This document shows, piece by piece, positions 38,159-46,572 of a stretch of 64,000 bases of DNA. The first letter of the stretch is position 1; every line of letters starts with the position of its first letter. Where the stretch lies: NCBI GenBank assembly GCA_050250895.1, contig JBFWNU010000001.1, positions 3,172,891 to 3,236,890 of the forward strand, read 5' to 3'. The notes below the pieces were generated by a model. It saw only the letters and a list, made by a program, of their open reading frames with translations. It did no database searches and was not told the DNA's origin. The translations under genes were made by a program, and so were the position numbers. This DNA is from Vulcanimicrobiota bacterium. Lineage in GTDB: Bacteria > Vulcanimicrobiota > Xenobia > Xenobiales > JADMJV01.

Positions 38159-39202
38159 TTAAAGGTCCTGGACCAGGCGCATGAGGGGGATCATGGTAGC
38201 CACGATCGTGAGACCGACCAGCACTCCCATCCCCAGCATCGTGAGGGGTTCGAGGGCGGCCAATAGCACCGTGGCCCGATACTCCATCTCGGTGTCGTAG
38301 ATGTCGGCCACCTTGCCCAGCAGGCGGCCGAGTTCGCCCGATTCGTCTCCCACCTCGACCGCCTGTAGAAAGAGACGGGGAAAGAAGCGGGTGGCCTCGA
38401 GGGCGTTGGCGATGGTGGCTCCGTCGATGACCATGTTGACGGCCTCCTTGGTGCGCTCGCGCAAGCAGAGATTGCCGGAGGCATGACCGGCCAACTCGAG
38501 GGCGTGGTGCATGGGGATGCCGACATCGACCAGCAACTGCAGAGCCCGAGCGAAGCGGGCCGTGGCCAGGGCCTGAAGGGCCGCTCCCAGGCCCCAAACC
38601 GACATGGCGGATTCGACCAGGCGAAGTTGGACCTCGTCGTGTTTGAGGATTTGGCGAATGGCCCCGGCGATAGCGAGCACCAACAGGAAGAGACCGAGAT
38701 AGGCCAGGGGAGTCGAGAGCAGATCCGAGAAGGTCATCATCACCCGGGTCAGAAGGGGCAACTCCACGTCCGAGCGGCGGATGACGCCAAAGAGTTCCCG
38801 AAAGAGCCAGGGTGGGATAAAGACGATAAAGAGAAAGCTGACGGTCAAGATGCACAGGGGATAGATCATGACGCTGCGCAGCCGAATGCTGCTCTCGTGG
38901 GCTTTTTCTTCGTGCACCGCCACGCGATCAAGCACCAGCGGTAGACTGCCGGTGACCTCGGCCACCCGAAACATCTGGCGATGCACCAGGGGGAAGATGT
39001 CCGGATAGCGGCAGATGGCCTTGTAGAAGGAGTGTCCCACTCGGATCGACTGGCTAATGCCCACCACGGCCGATTGCAGGGTCGGGTTGTCGAGCTGCGG
39101 GGCGAGTAAGGGAAGCCCCTGCTGCAGCGAGATGCCCGAGCTGAACATCACTGACAGACTGCGAAAGAGAACGGCCAGGTCGTGGTGAGTGACCCTAGAC
39201 GT
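38159..39202 (-). CDS. Type II secretion F / PilC-family platform protein; probable ACG start
   Basis: DLAVLFRSLSVMFSSGI, AEVTGSL, IYP, LPLLTR, GDESGEL and LEP; homology extends 17 codons upstream of the GTG at 39151. Confidence 0.85.
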   Translation of the reverse strand, partial: TSRVTHHDLAVLFRSLSVMFSSGISLQQGLPLLAPQLDNPTLQSAVVGISQSIRVGHSFYKAICRYPDIFPLVHRQMFRVAEVTGSLPLVLDRVAVHEEKAHESSIRLRSVMIYPLCILTVSFLFIVFIPPWLFRELFGVIRRSDVELPLLTRVMMTFSDLLSTPLAYLGLFLLVLAIAGAIRQILKHDEVQLRLVESAMSVWGLGAALQALATARFARALQLLVDVGIPMHHALELAGHASGNLCLRERTKEAVNMVIDGATIANALEATRFFPRLFLQAVEVGDESGELGRLLGKVADIYDTEMEYRATVLLAALEPLTMLGMGVLVGLTIVATMIPLMRLVQDL

Positions 39203-40181
39203 GGTGGACCTCCAATTCGACGCCAGGGCAGACTGCGGCTAGCAGCACGCGGGCGAGTCCCTCCTGGCTGATGGCCGCGGGCTGGCGCTCTACGAGCACG
39301 GCCCGTCGCACATCCTGATAGCTCAGGCCTCGGGCCTGAAGCTGGCCCAGGGCGGCTTGAAGGGGAGAAAGGCTCGGGTTGAAGGCTGCGTTCTCCAGGC
39401 AGGAGCCTGTCACCAGGGCCGTGTCGGTCGCGAGGGCGATGCCGGAGGGACAGTTGGAGTAGGGCGCATAGGCACGGACGGCCGCTTCCGCCGCGGCCGC
39501 GATAACGGCGTCGTCGCCGTCATACTCTAGCTCGTAGGGATGGGAAGCCAGCAGGGCGTTTTCGGCGCCGAGGTCCTCGGGACCGAAACAGTGCGGCAGC
39601 AGTTCGCTCAGGGTGGTTGGGGGCAAGCTCGGCAACAGCACTCGTAATTGGCTGGCGGCGGCCAGTTCGTTGAGGAACTGGCGCGAGTTGCCGCTGGGCG
39701 GGTCCGAGGCGGCCAGCGCGTCAAGGCCCGTCTCGCCGTTGTTGAGTGCCAACGAAAGCAAGCACTGCTCGGCGTGCAGGGTCTGGTTGAGCGGTTGACC
39801 GGGAAACTCGATGTTAAAGCCTAGATAAAGGGTGCCGCTGCTGCCTCGGCCCACCACCCCGACCCGAAAGCCCGAGATGGGAGCCAGGGCATGGCCGCGG
39901 GCCACCAGCACCAGTTCGAGCATCAGTTGGTCGGTGGACAACTCGAGCTCCTGGCAAAGCTGCAGCACCCGGCTGGCTTCGAGCACGGTGTCACCCCCGA
40001 GCAAGGCCTCGAGCGAGGTGGTCAGAGTCGATTCTGGGGTCTTGAGCACGTGGGCCAGGTGCTGCCCGGCCACAGCCAGCGCTGCAGCGGTGGCCGTTCG
40101 CAAGCCCACCAGCCCGGTTCGCTGGAAATGATGGATCTGGTCGACCAGAGAAGTCTGGTCCTGGTCTTTTCTGGTTGTCAT
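39195..40181 (-). CDS. cdd: Homodimeric cytidine deaminase homolog lacking the Zn-binding cysteines
   Basis: APISGFRVG, GFNIEF, HAEQ, YAPYS and ENAAFNPSL; the PCGxCRQ motif reads PSGNSRQ. Confidence 0.85.
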   Translation of the reverse strand: MTTRKDQDQTSLVDQIHHFQRTGLVGLRTATAAALAVAGQHLAHVLKTPESTLTTSLEALLGGDTVLEASRVLQLCQELELSTDQLMLELVLVARGHALAPISGFRVGVVGRGSSGTLYLGFNIEFPGQPLNQTLHAEQCLLSLALNNGETGLDALAASDPPSGNSRQFLNELAAASQLRVLLPSLPPTTLSELLPHCFGPEDLGAENALLASHPYELEYDGDDAVIAAAAEAAVRAYAPYSNCPSGIALATDTALVTGSCLENAAFNPSLSPLQAALGQLQARGLSYQDVRRAVLVERQPAAISQEGLARVLLAAVCPGVELEVHHV

Positions 40182-40184
40182 GGT

Positions 40185-43100
40185 CTAACGCCGCCGGAAA
40201 AGTGAACTGAGGCGTCCGAGCGCCCCGGTGGGACGGTACACGTCCGCCAGGGTGATCTGTTCGGCCTCGGGGTCGAGTTCCCATTCCATTTCCCACAGTC
40301 GAACTGCCTCATCCTCCCCGCAAGTAAGATAGAAGCGGCCTTCGTGATCGGGGACGAAGCCGGACAGTCCCACCTGGTGGGATTTGAGCACCTCCATGGT
40401 GTGCCCCGTATCGAGATCCCAAACGTGTAGGTGGCCGCCAGCATCGGCCGAGACGGCAAAACGCAACCGGCTAAACATGGCCATCGCCCGCACCGGCTGG
40501 GTGTGACCGATCAAGGTGAGGCGGCACTTGCCCGACTCGGTGCTCCAGAGCCGCAACACGTGGTCGGCACCGGCCGTGATGGCAAAGGCTCCGCCCTGGC
40601 CCAGAGCGGCCGCCGTGCAGCGCAGGGCCGCCGCGTCGTCCCGGCCGTCGGTTCTGAGGTGGCCGGGCTTGAGTAGCGGCTGCCCGGTGGCCACCTCCCA
40701 TAAGAAGAAGTCGGGCCCGGTCACGGCCAGTTTGGCGTCTTTGGACACGGCCAGAAGTTGCTGCGAGCCGGACGGGGTCTTGATGGTTCCCGCCAGTCGT
40801 CGATTGACCAGATCCCAGTGATAGAGGGTTCCGCCAGCGTCGGCCCCGACCAGAATGGTGGCGTCGTCCGAGAGCTTGAGGTCGACCAGCCCGGGGGGCG
40901 GGCTCTCGAGCAACTCGCAGCGACCACTGTCGGGTTTCCAGACCCGCAGGCTTGGCTCATGGCAGGCCGAGACCAGCACGGCCCCGGTCTGGGAATACTC
41001 CAGTAGCTCCACGGGGGCGTCGTGGCCCCGCAGGGTCTGCAACAGCCGACCGCTGGCAAAATCCCAAAGTTTGATGCGATTCCCCTCGGCGGTGGCTACT
41101 CCCAGCCGTTTGGGGGCCAGGGCCAGCCGACCCTGGGTCAGGCGGCCCGCCTCGGTGGAAGCTCGGCGTTCCCACATCGCCTTGAGCTGTTTGCGGGGCA
41201 GCCGACGAGTCAGCTCGGCCTGCACCTCCAGGGCGGCCGGGTCCCGACCATAACCGGCCACTCGCCGGGCCAGGGCCAGGCGGTTGATGGCCGAGGAGTA
41301 GTCTCCCTCCTCGAGCTTCTTCTGGGCGGTGGCCAGCTCGCTCTGGTAGCGGGCCTTGCCGGATTCGGCCTCGGCGTGGGTCCGTCCTCGACTCAAGGCC
41401 AGCGACCGGTCATAGACCCGGTGCTGCTCGTCGAACTCCCAGGCTACCAGCCGCCCCTCGGTGATGGCGGTCAGATAACGACGGGCTCGGGTCGTTTCCA
41501 GGGCGTCGGGAGGACCCTCCAGTCCCTGGAACGTTCGGATGCGTCGGCCGTTGACGAGGTCGGTCAGGCAGAGCTGACCCTGGCACCAGCTGACGTAGCT
41601 GTGCTCGTCCGCCAGAGCGGCTCCCCCCTCTCCCTCGCGGATCTTGCCGCCCCCCAGCTTCCAGACGCTGTGCCAGGTAGCGGATGCGCCTTGAAAGTGG
41701 ACTAGCAGGTAGGACTCTTCCGGGCCGAGCTCCAGAGACAGCACCCGACCGCTGTGGGCCAGCTGCATTATCTCCTGGCCGCGGGCCAGGTCCCATACGC
41801 GCACCATTCCGTCCGAATGACCCGTGAGAGCGATGGCGCCCCGGCGAATCAGGGCCAGAGCGGTAGCCGCGGAGCCCAATTCGAGCTTCTGCAGTTCGTC
41901 GCCGGTGGGAGCGTCGCGCAGCACCATGCGTCCTGAGGCGTCGATAGCCAGGCACCGCTCGCCGTCGGGAGTGAAGATGGCTTGCTCGGCACTGGTCGGC
42001 TCCTCGTAGACCACCAGCGGGTCGCCACTGGGCAGAGCCAGTAGTTCCAAACGAGTTCCCCCCGCCAGGGCCCTTCTGCCCTGCGGATCCACCGCCAGGA
42101 AACGTCGTCCAGGCGGCAATTCGAGGATGGTTTGGCCGCTTTGCGCGCTCCAGAGTTGCCCTTCCGAGAACAACCATTGATTCTCACAGCAGATGGATGG
42201 GGGGTGTTCTATCTGCTGCTCGCGAGACCAGATTCCACGCCCGGCCGCCATATCCCATCCTTCGCAGCGATGTCGATCGCTGGCGAAGCAGCTGGTACTG
42301 CTGCCCACGGCCAACCATAGGGCTGGCTCGGCCCGGCGAAACTCATGGGCCGGAGTGGGTTCGGGAAAATAGATGCGGCCCTGGTACGAGCGCTTGCCGA
42401 CGGTCGCCAGACGCTTGCGCAACACCGTCTCGCCGTCATCGGGCATCAGGGCCAGGGCTTTCTTGTATGCTTTCTCGGCCACGAAATACTTGGCCTGATA
42501 GGTGAGGGCGTCGCCGAGGGCGCGGTGAGCCGGTCCTTTCTCGGCCACTTCGGGATCGGCCAGGGCGCCGGTCAGGGCCGTCTGGGCCGCCACCGCGTCG
42601 CCGGCCTCGAGCCAGAACATCCCCTCGTACATCAGGGCCATGCCGCGATTGCTCTTCACCTGTTGGAGCCGTCGCAGCACTTCGTCTTGCGAGATCTCTC
42701 CATTGCGCCAGCGGGTGATGGCCGCGTTGTAGATGGTCTCGCAGTGACCGCTATCGTATTCGAGCGCTTTGCGCCAGGCCGCGTAGGCCTCAGAATACTT
42801 GCTCAACGACCACAGACTGACGCCTTTGTTGTTGAGAGCGTCGGCCCGCTGTTCGGACGGCCGGGGAACGGGTCGCTTATACGCCTCGCCCACCACCAGT
42901 TGAAACACTCCACTCAGACGTTGGCGTAGCTCGGCCATGGTGGCGGGGCGCTCGTCCGGAGACTTGGCCAGACACTTCGTGATGAGTTTGGCCAGCGCCT
43001 CGGGCAAGTCGGGACGAAACTCGCGTGGGTCAGGAGCTTTCTTGGATAGATGCCGCCCGATCAGAAGGGACGGCGGGACATCGCTCTTGCCGTCGTCAAA

Positions 43101-43862
43101 AGGCCGGCGCCCACAGCACATCTCGAAAAGCACGACGCCGAGGGCGTACACGTCGGCCTGAGCTCCGACCTTGTCGGCGTTACCCCATTGCTCGGGGGCT
43201 CCGTATTCGGGCGTTCCCAGCAGCGAGCCGGCCCCGGTCAGGGTCATGGAAAGGCTCTTGAGCGCCTCGGGCAAGACCTCGGGTAAGGCCCCGGGCTCGA
43301 CGTTGAACTCGGCCGCCAGTTCCGACACCTTGGTGGTCTTGACGATGCCGAAATCGGTTACGCACAGGCGGTCATCGCCACGGATCAACAGGTTGGCCGG
43401 CTTGACGTCGCGATGGATGACTCCTCGGGAGTGGGCGTAAGCCAAACCGTCGCACGCCTGCATGGTCAGGTCGAGAATCGTCTTCCAGTCGCCGGACCGA
43501 ACCCAGCCTGTCTCCAGGGCATCTTTGAGTGAACCGCCGGCCAGATAGTCGAGAAACAGCAGCGGGATTCCGCCGAATTGGCGGACGAACCAGCACTGGA
43601 CGATGTGAGGATAGACGCCCAGGTCGATCCAGGTCTCGGCTTCTCGGATGTAGCGCTCTCGGTTGTGCCGCTCTTCCACTACCTCAGGTAGGGGCATCTT
43701 GACTGCCAGATCGAGGTTCCACTCGCGATGCCGAACCCTGAAAACCGCGCCCATTCCACCGTAGCCCACCAGGTCCTTGACTTCGAACTTGCCGTCGAAG
43801 ACATGGCCCGGCTTCCAGGTAACGGCTTCTCCCGATTGCATTTGCGCTATTTCTCCCCGCAC
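40185..43862 (-). CDS. Hanks-type Ser/Thr kinase with TPR and WD40 repeats
   Basis: GYGGMG, AVK, HRDVKPAN, DFG, GTPEYGAPE and DVYALG; TPRs; many GH..WD repeats. Confidence 0.92.
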   Translation of the reverse strand: MRGEIAQMQSGEAVTWKPGHVFDGKFEVKDLVGYGGMGAVFRVRHREWNLDLAVKMPLPEVVEERHNRERYIREAETWIDLGVYPHIVQCWFVRQFGGIPLLFLDYLAGGSLKDALETGWVRSGDWKTILDLTMQACDGLAYAHSRGVIHRDVKPANLLIRGDDRLCVTDFGIVKTTKVSELAAEFNVEPGALPEVLPEALKSLSMTLTGAGSLLGTPEYGAPEQWGNADKVGAQADVYALGVVLFEMCCGRRPFDDGKSDVPPSLLIGRHLSKKAPDPREFRPDLPEALAKLITKCLAKSPDERPATMAELRQRLSGVFQLVVGEAYKRPVPRPSEQRADALNNKGVSLWSLSKYSEAYAAWRKALEYDSGHCETIYNAAITRWRNGEISQDEVLRRLQQVKSNRGMALMYEGMFWLEAGDAVAAQTALTGALADPEVAEKGPAHRALGDALTYQAKYFVAEKAYKKALALMPDDGETVLRKRLATVGKRSYQGRIYFPEPTPAHEFRRAEPALWLAVGSSTSCFASDRHRCEGWDMAAGRGIWSREQQIEHPPSICCENQWLFSEGQLWSAQSGQTILELPPGRRFLAVDPQGRRALAGGTRLELLALPSGDPLVVYEEPTSAEQAIFTPDGERCLAIDASGRMVLRDAPTGDELQKLELGSAATALALIRRGAIALTGHSDGMVRVWDLARGQEIMQLAHSGRVLSLELGPEESYLLVHFQGASATWHSVWKLGGGKIREGEGGAALADEHSYVSWCQGQLCLTDLVNGRRIRTFQGLEGPPDALETTRARRYLTAITEGRLVAWEFDEQHRVYDRSLALSRGRTHAEAESGKARYQSELATAQKKLEEGDYSSAINRLALARRVAGYGRDPAALEVQAELTRRLPRKQLKAMWERRASTEAGRLTQGRLALAPKRLGVATAEGNRIKLWDFASGRLLQTLRGHDAPVELLEYSQTGAVLVSACHEPSLRVWKPDSGRCELLESPPPGLVDLKLSDDATILVGADAGGTLYHWDLVNRRLAGTIKTPSGSQQLLAVSKDAKLAVTGPDFFLWEVATGQPLLKPGHLRTDGRDDAAALRCTAAALGQGGAFAITAGADHVLRLWSTESGKCRLTLIGHTQPVRAMAMFSRLRFAVSADAGGHLHVWDLDTGHTMEVLKSHQVGLSGFVPDHEGRFYLTCGEDEAVRLWEMEWELDPEAEQITLADVYRPTGALGRLSSLFRRR

Positions 43863-43897
43863 ACAGGTCAGTCCCTCTGAAGCACGAAGCGGCTAAC

Positions 43898-44374
43898 GTG
43901 GACAAGAGGCTGTGGAAACAAGTGTTCGGGGAAGCCCTCGGCTTCGCCTCGGAAACGCTCAAAGCGGAACGCTCTTTCGTCGTGTTCGAGGGGGCGGGTC
44001 TGGCCCGGGGTCTGGACACCGCCTCACTCTGGGTGACGGGTGCCATCAGTCACACTATTCTCAGGACCCTGTTAGAAGAGCAAGAGGCCCTGGTCATGAT
44101 GGATGCCCTGGCCGACCCGCGGTACCGCGAACAGACCAGCGCCATCCTTTCGTCCTTGCGGTCGATCTTGTATGTGCCATTGCATAGCCCCAATCGAGTG
44201 GTCAGTGGCATGCTCTATCTCGACACCCTGACCAAGACCGGCGTCTTCGGCCACGAGCAGCTCACCAAGGCGAAGTCTTTCGTGGCCAACAACTTCGAAC
44301 CGATGCTGGCCGAGCTATCGATTCAGCCAAAAGTGCTCGACTGGGACGGTCTGACCGCCACCGAATGGCTCTGA
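43898..44374 (+). CDS. Stand-alone GAF-domain protein
   Basis: DALADPRY...LRSILYVPL...GMLYLD...F. Confidence 0.75.
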   Translation: MDKRLWKQVFGEALGFASETLKAERSFVVFEGAGLARGLDTASLWVTGAISHTILRTLLEEQEALVMMDALADPRYREQTSAILSSLRSILYVPLHSPNRVVSGMLYLDTLTKTGVFGHEQLTKAKSFVANNFEPMLAELSIQPKVLDWDGLTATEWL

Positions 44375-45159
44375 CCGAGCTGCTCGGGGTGCCCCGCGCC
44401 CTGGTCGGCATGGTCCATCTGGGGGCCCTGCCCGGCGCCCCGCGAGCCGGTCCCAGTCTGGCCCAGATCGTGGCCACGGCCGTGGCCGAGACGACTTGTT
44501 ACGCCGAGAACGGCTACCATGCTGTGATTCTCGAGAACATGCACGACCGGCCCTATCTGGCCGCCGGGGTCGGCCCCGAAGTGGTGGCAAGCATGGCCGT
44601 GATCTGCGCCGAGGTGCGGCGCCAGGTCGACCTGCCGGTCGGCGTTCAGGTGTTGGCCGCCGCCAACCGTCAGGCGCTGGCCGTGGCTCTGGCCGGGGGG
44701 GCGGCCTTTATCCGGGCCGAAGCGTTCGTTTTCTCGCATGTGGCCGACGAGGGTTGGCTCGACGGTCAGGCCGGCGAACTGTTGCGCTATCGCCGGGCTA
44801 TCGGAGCCGACCACATCAAGATCTTCGCCGACATCAAGAAGAAGCACTCGGCCCACGCGGTCACCGCCGATGTGAACCTGGCCGAAACGGCCCGGGCTGC
44901 CGAGTTCTTTCTGGCCGACGGCCTGGTGGTGACGGGCACGGCCACGGGGTCGGCTACCGACCCGACCGAGGTGCAGGCTGTCTGCGAGGCCACGTCGCTC
45001 CCAGTGATGGTGGGCTCGGGCCTGACCCCCGACAATCTGGGCTGTTTCGAGGCCGCCTCAGGACTCATCGTCGGCTCTTGGGTCAAGCAGCAGGGTCACT
45101 GGGCCAACCCCCTCGACCCGGCTCGGGTCAAGGCTCTGGCCGAAGCCTTTCGCGCCTGA
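44365..45159 (+). CDS. BtpA/SgcQ family TIM-barrel protein
   Basis: GMVHLGALPGAP, ENMHDRPY, ADIKKKH, VTGTATG and VGSG. Confidence 0.9.
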   Translation: MALTELLGVPRALVGMVHLGALPGAPRAGPSLAQIVATAVAETTCYAENGYHAVILENMHDRPYLAAGVGPEVVASMAVICAEVRRQVDLPVGVQVLAAANRQALAVALAGGAAFIRAEAFVFSHVADEGWLDGQAGELLRYRRAIGADHIKIFADIKKKHSAHAVTADVNLAETARAAEFFLADGLVVTGTATGSATDPTEVQAVCEATSLPVMVGSGLTPDNLGCFEAASGLIVGSWVKQQGHWANPLDPARVKALAEAFRA

Positions 45160-45165
45160 CAACAA

Positions 45166-45192
45166 GAAAAGCCACCGAGAGGGTGGCTTTTC
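45166..45192. terminator. Bidirectional intrinsic terminator
   Basis: aaaagccacc-gagag-ggtggctttt between convergent genes. Confidence 0.8.
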
Positions 45193-45265
45193 AAGACTTG
45201 CAATCCAGTGGATCGCTGCATGAGTTTTTCACGAGAAGATTTCTTCCTGCAAAAATTCGCAAAAG

Positions 45266-45751
45266 CTACTGGTCCCAGATGATGCCCGAGATTCGATCGG
45301 GACCGAACACATCGAGACCCGGGTCGACCTCGATCCGCAGGCTTCCTTTGGGCAGGTCGTAAAAGAGCGTGCGGCCCTCGACCCGATCGGGCGGCCCCAG
45401 TACCGATCGGGCTCGCCGAGCTAGCTCGCGTCGCTTGAACTTGCGCCCCCCCAGGCTAGCGCTGTAGCCAACGATGGTCTCGATCGTCTGGTCGCGCACC
45501 ACCACCCGCGCGCCCTGTTTGCCGGAGGAATGAGTCAGCATGAAGATGCTGGTCTCGTCTTCTTGGGCCTGCACCGGATAGGGCTCGACCTTGAACCTGG
45601 CCTTGACCTCGGGCCACTGCTCGCCGGGTGCGATGTCGTCGATAGTCAATCCACTGCGGTCGGGCACCACTCGCCTGGCTGCCGAAATGCCCACCGCAGC
45701 GAGAACACCTAACAGTAGCAGCAAGATCAGCAGTGGACGGGCCCTGGCCAT
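45266..45751 (-). CDS. Hypothetical membrane-anchored protein
   Basis: N-terminal TM; LTIDDIAPG..SVLGPPD, similar in pattern to 27739-28230. Confidence 0.7.
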   Translation of the reverse strand: MARARPLLILLLLLGVLAAVGISAARRVVPDRSGLTIDDIAPGEQWPEVKARFKVEPYPVQAQEDETSIFMLTHSSGKQGARVVVRDQTIETIVGYSASLGGRKFKRRELARRARSVLGPPDRVEGRTLFYDLPKGSLRIEVDPGLDVFGPDRISGIIWDQ

Positions 45752-45784
45752 GGAAGGATTCTAACAGATGGACGCTCGCTTCGC

Positions 45785-45928
45785 GAGAAGGGAGCGGCCT
45801 TTGGCCGAGAAGGGAGCGGCCTTCGGCCGAGAAGGGAGCGGCCTTCGGCCGAGAAGGGAGCGGCCTTCGGCCGAGAAGGGAGCGGCCTTCGGCCGAGAAA
45901 GGAGCGGCCTGCGGCCGAGAAAGGAGCG
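45785..45928. repeat. Tandem array of 6.5 x 22-bp gagaagggagcggccttcggcc
   Basis: Units start at 45785, 45807, 45829, 45851, 45873, 45895 and 45917. Confidence 0.93.
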
Positions 45929-45973
45929 CTATCTCGCTTAGGCTCGATAGCGAGAGGGGAGCGAGGTTCGCTT

Positions 45974-46563
45974 CGCTCACCTCGAGGTTTTGGGATAGTC
46001 GACGCTTCGCGTCGTAAATCTGGGGCGGCTTCGCCGCCAGGTGGCTCGGCCCCGGCCCGGTCGCGTACAGCCAGCCCGGGTCGTTGTAAACAACCACTCC
46101 GGGTCGTTGTCGGCCCGCCCCGGGCAAGGCCGGGAAAAGAATGAGGAGTGGCCGTAGCCACTCCTTTTCTCGAAGCGAGCTCTGCGAGCTTCGCTCCCAT
46201 CTCCCGGCGAAGCCGGGCTCCCATCTCGAGGCCTCGCCTCGCTCCCTTCTCGCCAGCGAAGCGCAGCGCTCACCTCGAGGTTTTGGGATAGTCGACGCTT
46301 CGCGTCGTAAATCTGGGGCGGCTTCGCCGCCAGGTGGCTCGGACCCGGCCCGGTCGCGTACAGCCAGCCCGGGTCGTTGTAAACAACCACTCCGGGTCGT
46401 TGTCGGCCCGCCCCGGGCAAGCCCGGGAAAAGAAAAAGGAGTGGCCGTGGCCACTCCTTTCTCGAAGCGAGCTCTGCGAGCTTCGCTCCCATCTCCCGGC
46501 GAAGCCGGGCTCCCATCTCGAGGCCTTGCCTCGCTCCCATCTCCCGGCGAAGCCGGGCTCCCC
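45974..46563. repeat. Two tandem copies (293-bp period) of a ~270-bp multi-hairpin element
   Basis: 45974-46246 is nearly identical to 46267-46538; contains the cgacgcttcgcgtcg core and an aggagtggccgt(a/g)gccactcct hairpin. Confidence 0.93.
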
Positions 46564-46572
46564 GCGACGCGC

